Positions 9,515 through 18,770 of a stretch of 64,000 nt of DNA are shown here, in pieces; within the stretch, counting starts at the first letter, position 1, and each line of letters opens with the position of its first letter. Source of the DNA: Candidatus Latescibacterota bacterium (lineage in GTDB: Bacteria > Latescibacterota > UBA2968 > UBA8231); assembly GCA_965221775.1 (NCBI GenBank), contig CBDCSU010000006.1, positions 608,001-672,000 on the forward strand, in the 5' to 3' direction. The notes below the pieces were generated by a model that saw only the letters and a list, made by a program, of their open reading frames with translations, did not search any database and had not been told where the DNA came from. The position numbers and the translations under genes are program-made.

Positions 9515-10081
9515 TCAGGATCGATCAAGAAGCTCTCTATGCTTATCGCGGAGGGCAGACAGCAGCTCCTCTTGGAACTCCTTCGACAAGCGTGATGACT
9601 CCGACCGGAATATGCGGACGCCCGTCTCAATCACCCAATTCAGGGGGATTTTCGGATTGTTGAGATGCCCCCGTCCTTCACGCAGCCTCTCTTCCCACAG
9701 CTGGAAGTAGGTTTCGAGATCCGCTGCGGTGAGGTGATAGATGTGCTGAAGTTCGATGCCCTCGTAGACTCCGAATATCCAGTCGACCGAACGATAGTGA
9801 TCGATTATCGCCTGATTCATGTGATGGTGTGTGGTGAAACTCCGTGCACTCGTCGCCAGGTTTACTGACTTGATCTCATACTCCTTACCATCGTCATCTT
9901 CGGCATCAGAACCTTCCCGACCTGGAGTGTTTTTTAGCCCGGTAGTCATCAGCAACTGCAGCAACTTGCCGCCATTGTCTTGAAATATGTCGTTGATTCC
10001 GTGAACGGAAGCCAATGCTTGGTAAACCCGTATGTACGGCAATAGCACATCCAGGATTGCCTTGTCCGGGTGAGGATTCAC
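9515..10081 (-). CDS. Type II restriction endonuclease, PvuII family
   Basis: Close match to R.PvuII as recalled: HGINDIFQDNGGKLLQ, PGREG.DA, EYEIKS, FTTHHHMN, NNPKIP. Confidence 0.92.
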   Translation of the reverse strand: MNPHPDKAILDVLLPYIRVYQALASVHGINDIFQDNGGKLLQLLMTTGLKNTPGREGSDAEDDDGKEYEIKSVNLATSARSFTTHHHMNQAIIDHYRSVDWIFGVYEGIELQHIYHLTAADLETYFQLWEERLREGRGHLNNPKIPLNWVIETGVRIFRSESSRLSKEFQEELLSALRDKHRELLDRS

Positions 10082-10308
10082 TTCTTCTTGCCAGACAGAA
10101 GGTCAGCGATACTGGCCCCGACCGCGGCTGCAATCCGCTCCATGTTGTCGATGGAGACATTACGCTCCCCACGCTCGACCGCGCCGATATAGGTGCGATG
10201 GATGCCCGCCATCTGTGCGAGACCCTCCTGAGATAATCCTTTGGCCTGACGGAGTCTCCGCAAATTCGCGCCGAATCTCTGTCGGGCACTTGACTGAGTT
10301 GCACCCAT
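10078..10308 (-). CDS. R-M controller (C) protein, XRE HTH
   Basis: LRQAKGLSQEGLA...IHRTYIGAVERGERNVSIDN, coupled to the R gene. Alternative start at 10329. Confidence 0.88.
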   Translation of the reverse strand: MGATQSSARQRFGANLRRLRQAKGLSQEGLAQMAGIHRTYIGAVERGERNVSIDNMERIAAAVGASIADLLSGKKK

Positions 10309-10334
10309 ATTCTTTAATGTACTACTCATGTGAT

Positions 10335-10360
10335 GACCATAAGTCTACAGCCTATGAGTA
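10335..10360 (-). promoter_or_regulatory. C-box operator pair (PvuII type)
   Basis: Minus strand reads TACT-cat-AGGC-TGTA-GACT-tat-GGTC, matching GACT-N3-AGTC-TGTA-GACT-N3-AGTC. TACATT lies 7 nt before the ATG at 10308, suggesting a leaderless C mRNA. Confidence 0.8.
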
Positions 10361-10385
10361 GCATTCCCACCCGGAGAAGAGGTCA

Positions 10386-11471
10386 ATGGCTGGAAGAGAG
10401 GTGCTCCTGCCTGAGAAGCCCGCGTATCACACAAATCTTGGCGCCGCGTACTGTGGCGATTCACTGGAGTTGCTATCGGAGTTGCCTGATGGCGCAGTCG
10501 ATCTCGTGATCACCAGTCCACCCTTCGCTCTTCAAAGGCAAAAGGAGTATGGGAACAAGGACCAAGCTGAGTATATCGACTGGTTGACGGAATTCGCTAG
10601 ACTAGTCCATCAGAAGTTGAACGACCATGGCAGCTTTGTGTTGGATCTCGGTGGTGCATATCGAAGGGGTGTCCCTGCCCGGAGTCTATACAATTTCCGG
10701 GTCGCAATAAGGTTTTGTGACGAGGTAGGGTTCTTTCTTGCGGAGGACTTCTACTGGTTCAATCCGTCCAAGCTCCCCAGTCCCATTGAGTGGGTCAACA
10801 AACGCAAAATGCGGGCAAAGGACTCGGTCAACACGGTGTGGTGGTTTAGCAAGACGGAGTGGCCGAAGGCGGACGTAACGAAAGTCCTCACCGAATACAG
10901 TGATCGAATGAAGAGGCTCTTGGAGGCTCCGGATAGCTTCTACTCACCGGCCGAGAGACCTTCGGGGCACGATATAGGGAGAGGATTCGGCAAACGTAAC
11001 CAAGGCGCAATACCAAGCAACTTGCTCAAGTTGCCGCTGGTGGACGAGGACGCTCTTTCTGCGCTATTGGAGGAGTTTGATTTGCCGCCCAATTTGCTCG
11101 AGATACCCAACTCTGAGTCCAACAGTCAGTACCTGAGGGGTTGCAAGAGCGCAGGGGTGAAAGCACATCCAGCTCGGTTCCCCCCGAGATTGCCTGAGTT
11201 CTTCGTCCGGTTTCTTACCGATCCATTCGATCTCGTAGTCGACATTTTCGCAGGCTCTAATACGACGGGAATGGTCGCCGAGAGGGAAGGTCGGCAGTGG
11301 TTAGCTTTTGATGAGAGGGTTGACTACTTGGCAGCGTCCGCTTTCCGGTTCTTCGGAGTTGAAGCTACGGCAGAAGAAGCGAAGTCGGTGTATCAACGCA
11401 TCAAGAGCGGCGAGTCCGTGAATATGGAGCAATTTGCGGGGCAACGGGACATCTTGGGACAGCACAACTGA
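10386..11471 (+). CDS. N4-cytosine DNA methyltransferase (beta class), M.PvuII-like
   Basis: TSPPF, HPARFP, DIFAGSNTT. Divergent from the C-R genes as in PvuII. Confidence 0.92.
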   Translation: MAGREVLLPEKPAYHTNLGAAYCGDSLELLSELPDGAVDLVITSPPFALQRQKEYGNKDQAEYIDWLTEFARLVHQKLNDHGSFVLDLGGAYRRGVPARSLYNFRVAIRFCDEVGFFLAEDFYWFNPSKLPSPIEWVNKRKMRAKDSVNTVWWFSKTEWPKADVTKVLTEYSDRMKRLLEAPDSFYSPAERPSGHDIGRGFGKRNQGAIPSNLLKLPLVDEDALSALLEEFDLPPNLLEIPNSESNSQYLRGCKSAGVKAHPARFPPRLPEFFVRFLTDPFDLVVDIFAGSNTTGMVAEREGRQWLAFDERVDYLAASAFRFFGVEATAEEAKSVYQRIKSGESVNMEQFAGQRDILGQHN

Positions 11472-11843
11472 TTGGCGCAAGTGGAGACCCCTATGGCTGG
11501 TCCATCGAGCTGCTTTGCGGGTGGTGGTTCTACCATGCACCTCGATTCGAGCAGCCGGCGGTTCTTCGAACGCAGCCTGCTCGACGACACCGTCGCCGGT
11601 CCACCCGCCGACGAGGAGCCTGTGCCGCGGCTCTCACCGCGGCTTCGGTGCGAGGGATCATCGCCACCGGGGCACGCGCCGGCCAGCGCCCGCTCCGTGG
11701 TGGGCTTCACCGAGGGGGCCCAGAGGAGGACCTGCCTCGCCGAGAGCGACGACGGCATCGACTGGCGGCGGCCCGACGCCACGGAGGGTAGATCCAGGCC
11801 GGCGCCCTGGCCGACCCAGAGCCTTTTGGCCGAACGGAACGAG

Positions 11844-13208
11844 ATGAAACGCGAACACATCTTCTCCCATTACGAACAGGACGCAACCCGGTACTGGAAG
11901 CTGAGAGAAGGCGGCTATGCCACCCCGATGAGTGTGTGTCAGGGAGATGAGGTAACGTTCCACATATCGAATTCCAGATCGTACTACGGTGTATTCGTGT
12001 TCCACGAAGGGGCCGAACGGCGTCTGGTGAAGGAGATAAGCGGCCTGCGCGGCGGGCTTCCCCCGATCCCCGAGTCCGGCTATCGGGACGGATTCGGATG
12101 GCCCGCGACGGTCTCGTTCCGGGTGCCTCGCGACTGGAAGAGCGGCGTTTACATCGCCAGTTTCCCCACCGCACAGGGGATCCGGGAGATCCTGTTCGTC
12201 GTTCGCCCGCGCCTTCCCAGCGCGCCGATTCTCCTGACGATCGAGACCAATACCTATGCCGCCTACAACTGCGTGGGCGGCAAGTGCCTATTCCCCTACC
12301 TGTCCACCGACCGATCTCACAGCAACCTCGTGACCTTCGAGCGACCCTTGCAGCCGGACATCATGGGCGGGTTCCATGCTTGGGATCAGTTCTTCACATC
12401 GTGGCTCGACGCCGAGGGGTACCAGGTAGACTACTGCGTCAACGCCGACCACGACCGGCAGCCGAATCTCCTGGATGACTACCCTGCACATCTCAGGATC
12501 TGTCACGGCGAGTATTCGAGCCGCGAAGAGTGCGAGCAGCTTCAGCGGTTCGTGGCGCGCGGCGGCAACCTGATGGTCTTTGCCGGCAACTCCTTCTCGC
12601 ACCTGGTGGAGACCCGGGCCGGCGGACGCCAGCTCTACTGTGCCAAGAGCCGGTACAAGATGCACCCCCTCGGCACGCCGGAGGACCCCGACACATCCTT
12701 TCTCCGCGCAATCGACAATCTGCGTCAGCGCACGATTGGCGTTTCCTATACGGCCGCCGTCAACGCCAAGAGCAAGACTCCCGGCGAGATCGTGGCCCCC
12801 ACGTCCGGCGAATACGGGTTCTTCCGCGTGACCCGGCCCGACCACTGGGCCTTCGCAGGAACCGGGCTGGGTGAAGGGGACGAGTTCGGCCGGGAAGACT
12901 CGATCGTCGGAGTCGAGTGCGACGGGGGTGACATCGAGTTCAAGGATGGGAAGCCGCGGTTCACGGGCCGTGACGGGATCAGCCCGCACTACCAGATCAT
13001 CGCCATCGGGGACGCGGAGGACCACGGCCTCAACGCGGACCTGGGGGTCCACCAGGACCGGTTCTACGCCACCGTCGCGGTCAACGAGACGGAGTTCAAG
13101 GGGACTGTCTTCACGGCGGCAACCATCGAGTGGGCGCACGGCCTCTACCGGAACGGCGGTCCGGTGGCCCAGATCACGCGCAATGTCCTGGACCGTCTGG
13201 GCCGATAG
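11844..13208 (+). CDS. N,N-dimethylformamidase beta-subunit family protein
   Basis: W...VSFRVP.DWKSGVY, TYAAYN..GGK.L, FERP, HGEY.S, HWAFAGTG, VGVECD. The upstream 11475-11840 stretch looks like a degraded gene. Confidence 0.7.
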   Translation: MKREHIFSHYEQDATRYWKLREGGYATPMSVCQGDEVTFHISNSRSYYGVFVFHEGAERRLVKEISGLRGGLPPIPESGYRDGFGWPATVSFRVPRDWKSGVYIASFPTAQGIREILFVVRPRLPSAPILLTIETNTYAAYNCVGGKCLFPYLSTDRSHSNLVTFERPLQPDIMGGFHAWDQFFTSWLDAEGYQVDYCVNADHDRQPNLLDDYPAHLRICHGEYSSREECEQLQRFVARGGNLMVFAGNSFSHLVETRAGGRQLYCAKSRYKMHPLGTPEDPDTSFLRAIDNLRQRTIGVSYTAAVNAKSKTPGEIVAPTSGEYGFFRVTRPDHWAFAGTGLGEGDEFGREDSIVGVECDGGDIEFKDGKPRFTGRDGISPHYQIIAIGDAEDHGLNADLGVHQDRFYATVAVNETEFKGTVFTAATIEWAHGLYRNGGPVAQITRNVLDRLGR

Positions 13209-13375
13209 TGGATGAGCTCGCTGACGAGGAGCCCGTGCCGGCGGCTCTCACTGCCCTTCGGAGCACGCGCAGGCCAACGCCTGCGCCGGTCACTTGCCGC
13301 CGCAGCGGTGTTTTCGGTAGGTAGAACAGCCCCAGAAGACACCATCCACCCTCCAGAAAGCAGCGAGGTCTGACC

Positions 13376-15007
13376 ATGGGCACCGACTCCTACACAGTGA
13401 ACCACTGGAACGAGGCGACGCACGCGCACGAGCCGTCGATCCTCACCATAGAGCAGAACTTCACCTTCGACGCCCTCGGGTTCCTCGTGCTGCCGCAACT
13501 CCTCGGCCCCGCCGAGCTGTCCGCGTGCCGCGACAGCGGCGGTGGGCTGGGCGATCTGTGCAGCGAGGCCGGCGCCGTCGGACGCTACGTGCGCGAGCTG
13601 TGCGGCGATGGCTTCCGCCAGGACGGCCCTGCGAGGCACGTCCCTGCCGCCGCCGCAGGAGGGTGCGACGAAGCCTCCCTGCCACTGACAGGCGGGGCGC
13701 ACACGCTGGACCGGGCGTACATCAACCTGGCGGGGTGGAATGGCCGCAACGCCGACGGTTCTCCGCTCCCGCGGGCCGGCGGCGCTTGGGAAGAGGTCCG
13801 CATCCGGCAGTGCCAGGGGCTGGTGGTGGCCATCGCCCTCACGGACTCCACGGAAGGCAAGGGCCCGCTGGTGGTCGTGCCCTCCTCGCACAAGAGCGGG
13901 CTGCCGGCCCCACCGCTTCCATCCTCCAGCCACTTCGCCGAGCGCCCGGCGCTGGCGGCGGGCGACGTGCTTCTGTGCGCCGCCAGCACCCTGCACGGGG
14001 TCTGCCCACAGGGTGATGGCGGCGAGCTGCTCGTGGTGGACTTCATCTCGCGCGCGGCTCGGCCACAGGGGCCGCCCGACCCGCAGGACGAGCAGCCCCT
14101 GCCCGAGTGGGCGGAAGAGCTGGGCGAGGCCGAGCAGACCGTGCTTGCAGGCGGAGACTCGCGTCGCCTGCTCCTGTCGGACGGCACGACCACCTGGCTC
14201 ACCTCCGCCGACGATGCCGACGCCGCGCAGAGGGCCTCCTCGGCCCTCGAGTTCGAAGGCCGAGATGATCATGCCGAGCGCTGGGCCTTCGACACCCAGG
14301 GCTTCCTGCTGGTCGAGGGCGTCATGGACGATGATTGGGTCGATGCGGCCTTGGCGGGCATTGACGCCAACCTCGACCGCCTGGTGTACCGGGGCGCAGG
14401 CGACAAGGGCGGGGACGTGACGCTTGCCGACATCCCCGGGGCGCCGACGATCTCGGGCACGGCCCGGCCGGACCTGAAGGGTTTGTTCCAGCTGCCGGCG
14501 CCGCACAATGAGCCTTTCCTCAAGATGCTGGCGCACCCCGCCGTCATCGGGCGCCTGAACTGGATGATCGGACCAGGGTACAAGGTGACTCAGAGCACGG
14601 CCCTGTGCCACGTCAAAGGCTCGAGCGGGCAGATGCTGCACGCGGGGAACGCCAACCCGACCTCCGTCGGCAAGCACTACGAGATGGTGAACGGGCGCGT
14701 GCACACGAGGTCGGGCATCAACGTCGCCTGGCAGCTCGCCGACGTCGGGCCCGACGACGGCGGCTTTGTCGTAGTGCCGGGCAGTCACAAGTCGTGCTAT
14801 CCCCTGCCGCATTCGGTGCGGACCTGCAACGAGCGCGCGCCGATCCGCCACATTCCCATGCGACGCGGGTCTGTTCTCTTCTTTCTGGGAGGGACGGTCT
14901 GTCACGGGGCGTACCGCTGGGAGGCCGAGTCACCGAGGCGGACACCGCTCTTCACGTACGGGCACGACGGCCGACGCCCTTTTGCATGGCCCTCGAGCAG
15001 ACTGTGA
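13376..15007 (+). CDS. Tandem two-domain PhyH-family dioxygenase
   Basis: Two FD..GFL starts, VVPSSHKS/VVPGSHKS, and distal His motifs TLHG/VCHG. Confidence 0.7.
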   Translation: MGTDSYTVNHWNEATHAHEPSILTIEQNFTFDALGFLVLPQLLGPAELSACRDSGGGLGDLCSEAGAVGRYVRELCGDGFRQDGPARHVPAAAAGGCDEASLPLTGGAHTLDRAYINLAGWNGRNADGSPLPRAGGAWEEVRIRQCQGLVVAIALTDSTEGKGPLVVVPSSHKSGLPAPPLPSSSHFAERPALAAGDVLLCAASTLHGVCPQGDGGELLVVDFISRAARPQGPPDPQDEQPLPEWAEELGEAEQTVLAGGDSRRLLLSDGTTTWLTSADDADAAQRASSALEFEGRDDHAERWAFDTQGFLLVEGVMDDDWVDAALAGIDANLDRLVYRGAGDKGGDVTLADIPGAPTISGTARPDLKGLFQLPAPHNEPFLKMLAHPAVIGRLNWMIGPGYKVTQSTALCHVKGSSGQMLHAGNANPTSVGKHYEMVNGRVHTRSGINVAWQLADVGPDDGGFVVVPGSHKSCYPLPHSVRTCNERAPIRHIPMRRGSVLFFLGGTVCHGAYRWEAESPRRTPLFTYGHDGRRPFAWPSSRL

Positions 15008-15032
15008 GCTCCCGGCGCCCAAGGAGGTATCC

Positions 15033-15923
15033 ATGGCCCTGACCCAGGAACAGAAGACCCGCTTCTTCGAGGACGGTTACATCGCCGTCAAAGGGCTTCT
15101 CACCGCGCATGAGCTCGAGACGCTGCACAACCACTACGCCGACCTCGCACTCGGCCGCGTCCCCGGCTTTCCGGAAGGCAACATCTCTCACCACACTCCC
15201 GGAGCCGCTCAAGCGGCCGAGCCGTCCACACCTCACGGGAGTCGGCATGACCGACGCGGCACCCAGGTCTATCCAAGAGGGGAAGTGACCGGCGCCGAAA
15301 GACGCACACCGGTTGAGGACCCGTTGGATACGATACGCCATCTCAACCTGCCTTCGTACCACGATTCGGCTTTTGAAGCGTTTGTCCGAAGTCCAAAGAT
15401 TGTCGACATCATCGAGTCCCTGATGGGGCCCGATATCAAGCTCTACTACGACCAGGTCTTTGCGAAGCCGCCTTACGCGGCAGCGAATCGCTATCATCAG
15501 GATTCCGTTTTCTGGGCATTCTTCGCGAGCAACTTCCAGGTCACATGCCAGATTCTGCTCGACGATGCGACTGCCGAGAACGGTTGTGTGCGGTTCATCC
15601 CGGGCAGCCACAACTTCGGCCTCGTCAACTGGGATCACCTCCCCTACATGCTGACTGAGGATGTGCTCGCGCAGGAGGTCGCTGTTCCACTGAAGGCGGG
15701 AGATGCGACCTTTCACCATAGCCTGGCGCTCCATTGCAGCGGCCCGAATACCACGCCGTACCGGCGGCGAGGCTGGTCGATTCACTACGTCTCCTCGGAC
15801 ACGCGTTACATCGGCACACCCGAAGAGACCGAGCGCCTGCAACAGCGCGGTTGCCTTGTCGGACCGGAGCCTGTCAACGGTTGGCCCCTGATCCGGGGAC
15901 GGGAGTTCCCGGGGTGTGTATAG
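15033..15923 (+). CDS. PhyH-family dioxygenase
   Basis: AAGGAGG RBS; FFEDGY, YHQD, IPGSH, FHHSLALH. Confidence 0.88.
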   Translation: MALTQEQKTRFFEDGYIAVKGLLTAHELETLHNHYADLALGRVPGFPEGNISHHTPGAAQAAEPSTPHGSRHDRRGTQVYPRGEVTGAERRTPVEDPLDTIRHLNLPSYHDSAFEAFVRSPKIVDIIESLMGPDIKLYYDQVFAKPPYAAANRYHQDSVFWAFFASNFQVTCQILLDDATAENGCVRFIPGSHNFGLVNWDHLPYMLTEDVLAQEVAVPLKAGDATFHHSLALHCSGPNTTPYRRRGWSIHYVSSDTRYIGTPEETERLQQRGCLVGPEPVNGWPLIRGREFPGCV

Positions 15924-16011
15924 CCGGTTGCCGAGCCGCTCGCCGGCCGGCGGGTCCCGCGGGCGGCTTGCTCGGGGGCGGTCGTGGACCTGCATGCTTA
16001 GATTGAGGTCG

Positions 16012-16311
16012 ATGCGCAACGGATCGACATACGGCTGGAGCGGCGGCATCATGGCCTTCGCCGCCCTCGTGCTCGCCCTGTCCCTGTTGCTGCCCCTGCT
16101 GCACCACCTCGACGACTGCGGGCCGCTGGAGGCCGAGGAGTGCCCCATATCGGCGGTCGTCTCCGCCCTCTCCCTCGCCGTCCCGGTCGTGCCCGGCCTG
16201 GTGCTCCTGACGCCGGCCCGCCGCGCCCCCCCGCTCCCGCGCCCCAAGGCCGTCCAGCCCTGCGCAGTCCCCCTGACCACCCAAAGCAGCCGCGCACCAC
16301 CCCCTTCCTGA
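16012..16311 (+). CDS. DUF2946-like leader protein with C-terminal RAPP motif
   Basis: Hydrophobic signal, HHLDDC...ECPIS, Pro-rich linker, ends SRAPPPS*. Upstream of TonB receptors. Confidence 0.65.
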   Translation: MRNGSTYGWSGGIMAFAALVLALSLLLPLLHHLDDCGPLEAEECPISAVVSALSLAVPVVPGLVLLTPARRAPPLPRPKAVQPCAVPLTTQSSRAPPPS

Positions 16312-16447
16312 GCATCCGCACCTGATCGACTGAAAGTCCCTGCACGGCGGTACTCCGCCCGGTGTGGATGCGTTCTCCTGCTGTACCTCGGGAGCATACC
16401 GGCCAGGGGCCGGTATGCCCTCCCTCAACTCAACGGAGAACACGGGA

Positions 16448-18670
16448 ATGCCCGGGAAACTCACCACCCTCAGTACCACTCTCCTCTTCCTCCTCCTGGG
16501 TCTGGCCGCGGTTCCGGCCCGCGGCCAGACCGGCGCCCTGGCCGGTCACGTGGTCGACAACGAGAGCGGCCAGGCCGTGGGCTGGACCACCGTGGTCATC
16601 GAGGGCCTCGACCGGGCCCGGACCAGCGACGCCGGAGGCTACTTCTTCTTCGCCAACGTGCCCCCCGGCGTTCACGTCCTGCGCAGCCTGCGCGTCGGCT
16701 ACCACGAGGCCCGCTTCGAGGTCGAGGTAACCTCCGGGGACACGACCCGCGTCGATCTCCGGATCGGCCACGAGACGATCGCCGTGAGGGCCGTGGTCGT
16801 CGAGGGCGAACGGGTCCACCTCTCCCCGCTGCAGGAGCCGGAGGTGGTCTTCAGCAGCAGCAAGCTGCGCCAGAACCTGAGCCGCACCATCGCCGAGACG
16901 ATCGACTACGAGCCGGGCATCGCCCATCGCTCCATGGGGCCGGCGCCGGCGCGGCCGGTGCTGCGCGGGCTGGGCGGCGACCGGCTGCTGGTGCTCGAGG
17001 ACGGGGAGCGCACCGGCGATCTGTCGGCCACCTCCTCGGACCACGCCGTGGCCATCGAGCCCATGACCACCGAGCGCATCGAGGTCGTGCGCGGACCCCG
17101 GACCCTGCTCCATGGCTCCAACGCCCTGGGCGGGGTGGTCAACGTGGTGCGAGGATACGTGCCCTCCGAGCTGCCGGATGGCCTGAGGGGCTCCTTCACC
17201 TGGCAGGGGGAGAGCGTCAACCGGGGCCTGGCCGGCGGCCTGGCCCTGGAGCACGCCCTCGGGCCCCTGGCGGTGCGGGCCGACGGCAGTCTGCGCGATG
17301 TCGACGCCATCGGCACCCCGCACGGGGAGCTGCCCAACACCGAGATCCGCACGGGCAACGCCTCCATCGGCGCCGGGCTGGTGCGGGCCTGGGGGCACGC
17401 GGGCGTCTCCGGCAGCCTCTACGACTCCGACTACGGCATCCCCCCCGACCCGGAGGGCGGCCACCCGCACGGCGTCTCCATCGAGATGCTGCGCCAGCAC
17501 CTCGAAGCCCGCGGCGAGATCCTCACCGGGCCGGACTGGCTCCGGCGCCTGGAGCTGCACCACGCCTTCTCTCGCTACCAGCACGGGGAGTTCGAGGCGG
17601 ACGGCTTCCTCGGCCTGGAGTTCGGCGTCCTCTCCCATCACCTCTCCGCCCTGGCCCACCTCGAGCCCATGGGGCCCGTCACCGACGGCGCCGCCGGCGT
17701 GTGGTACGAGTACCGGAACTACGCGGCGGCCGGGCTCAACTTCACCCCCGCTTCCGAGGAGTACGCCGGGGCCCTCTACACCTACCAGGAGACGGAGGCC
17801 GGGCCCTGGTCCGCCAACGCCGCCCTGCGCTTCGACATCCGCCGCGTCGAGCCCCGGGAAGACCGCGTCTCCCGGACCGTGGGCCGCATCGAGAGCCGCG
17901 ACTTCGCCGGCTTCTCCGCCGGCCTGTCCAGCCACTACCGGGCCACCTCGAGCCTGACCCTGGGCTCGACCCTGATGCGCACCTTCCGGGCCCCCGGCAT
18001 CGAGGAGTTGTTCTCGGAGGGGCCCCACCTGGCCGCCTATTCGTACGAGGTGGGCAACGCGTCCCTGGACAGCGAGCGCGGCCAGGGGCTGGAGGTCTTC
18101 GCCGAGTACCGGCGCCGGGACGGCCAGGTCCACCTGGCTTTCTTCCGCAACGCCATCGACGGCTACATCTTCCCCAAGAACACGGGCGAGCGCAGCCTGC
18201 GCCGGGCCGATCTGTTCCTCTACAAGATGGTGGGGGAGTCCGTCCTCATGCACGGCGTCGAGGCGGCCTTCGACTGGTACCTGGCACGCCACTGGAAGGC
18301 GGCCGGAACCCTCAGCTACGTGCACGGCCGCCTCACCGACCTCGACGACGAGCCCCTGCCGCGCCTGCCCCCCCTGCAGGGACGGGTCACCCTCAGCTGG
18401 GAGCCGTCCGAGGCCCTGAAGGCGGCGGCCGCCCTGCGCCTGGCCGCCGACCAGGACCGGCCCGGGGAGTTCGAGGGGCGCACCGATGGCTACGCGGTCC
18501 TGGACCTGTCGGGCGAGCACCACGTACACTGGGGAGGGCGCCTGCACACCCTCACCCTGACCCTGGAGAACGCCACCGACGCGGTCTACCGAAACCACCT
18601 CAACCGCGTCAAGGAGATCCTGCCCGAACCCGGGAGGAACCTCCGCCTGCTGCACAAGGTGTTCCTCTGA
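16448..18670 (+). CDS. TonB-dependent receptor (ZnuD-like plug)
   Basis: Signal peptide, carboxypeptidase-regulatory-like domain, plug motif ARPVLRG..GDR...D...DHAV.IEP...IEVVRGP, C-terminal PGRN. Confidence 0.9.
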   Translation: MPGKLTTLSTTLLFLLLGLAAVPARGQTGALAGHVVDNESGQAVGWTTVVIEGLDRARTSDAGGYFFFANVPPGVHVLRSLRVGYHEARFEVEVTSGDTTRVDLRIGHETIAVRAVVVEGERVHLSPLQEPEVVFSSSKLRQNLSRTIAETIDYEPGIAHRSMGPAPARPVLRGLGGDRLLVLEDGERTGDLSATSSDHAVAIEPMTTERIEVVRGPRTLLHGSNALGGVVNVVRGYVPSELPDGLRGSFTWQGESVNRGLAGGLALEHALGPLAVRADGSLRDVDAIGTPHGELPNTEIRTGNASIGAGLVRAWGHAGVSGSLYDSDYGIPPDPEGGHPHGVSIEMLRQHLEARGEILTGPDWLRRLELHHAFSRYQHGEFEADGFLGLEFGVLSHHLSALAHLEPMGPVTDGAAGVWYEYRNYAAAGLNFTPASEEYAGALYTYQETEAGPWSANAALRFDIRRVEPREDRVSRTVGRIESRDFAGFSAGLSSHYRATSSLTLGSTLMRTFRAPGIEELFSEGPHLAAYSYEVGNASLDSERGQGLEVFAEYRRRDGQVHLAFFRNAIDGYIFPKNTGERSLRRADLFLYKMVGESVLMHGVEAAFDWYLARHWKAAGTLSYVHGRLTDLDDEPLPRLPPLQGRVTLSWEPSEALKAAAALRLAADQDRPGEFEGRTDGYAVLDLSGEHHVHWGGRLHTLTLTLENATDAVYRNHLNRVKEILPEPGRNLRLLHKVFL

Positions 18671-18674
18671 AGGA

Positions 18675-18711
18675 CCGGCGGTCGCCTTCGCCCCGAAGGG
18701 TGGCCGCCGGC
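18675..18711. other. GC-rich intergenic stem-loop
   Basis: ccggcggtcgccttcg...gaagggtggccgccgg between the two receptor genes. No U-tract. Confidence 0.4.
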
Positions 18712-18770
18712 CTGCACTTGAGGATCGGCCCCCGAACGTCCCCCTGATGGCACCAAGGAGCGATGATCTC

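Larger units (their letters stand above)
5600..11471. mobile_element. Lower-GC defence island 1 (Ubl/E1/DUF6527 + Thoeris II + PvuII-like RM)
   Basis: Visible drop in GC, defence gene content and gene remnants on both flanks. No integrase seen; boundaries approximate. Confidence 0.7.

Noticed and set aside
11472-11843. N-terminal extension of the DMFase-like ORF
   Set aside because: Looks like a decayed unrelated gene (CLAESDDGIDWRRPD) that is in frame by chance.
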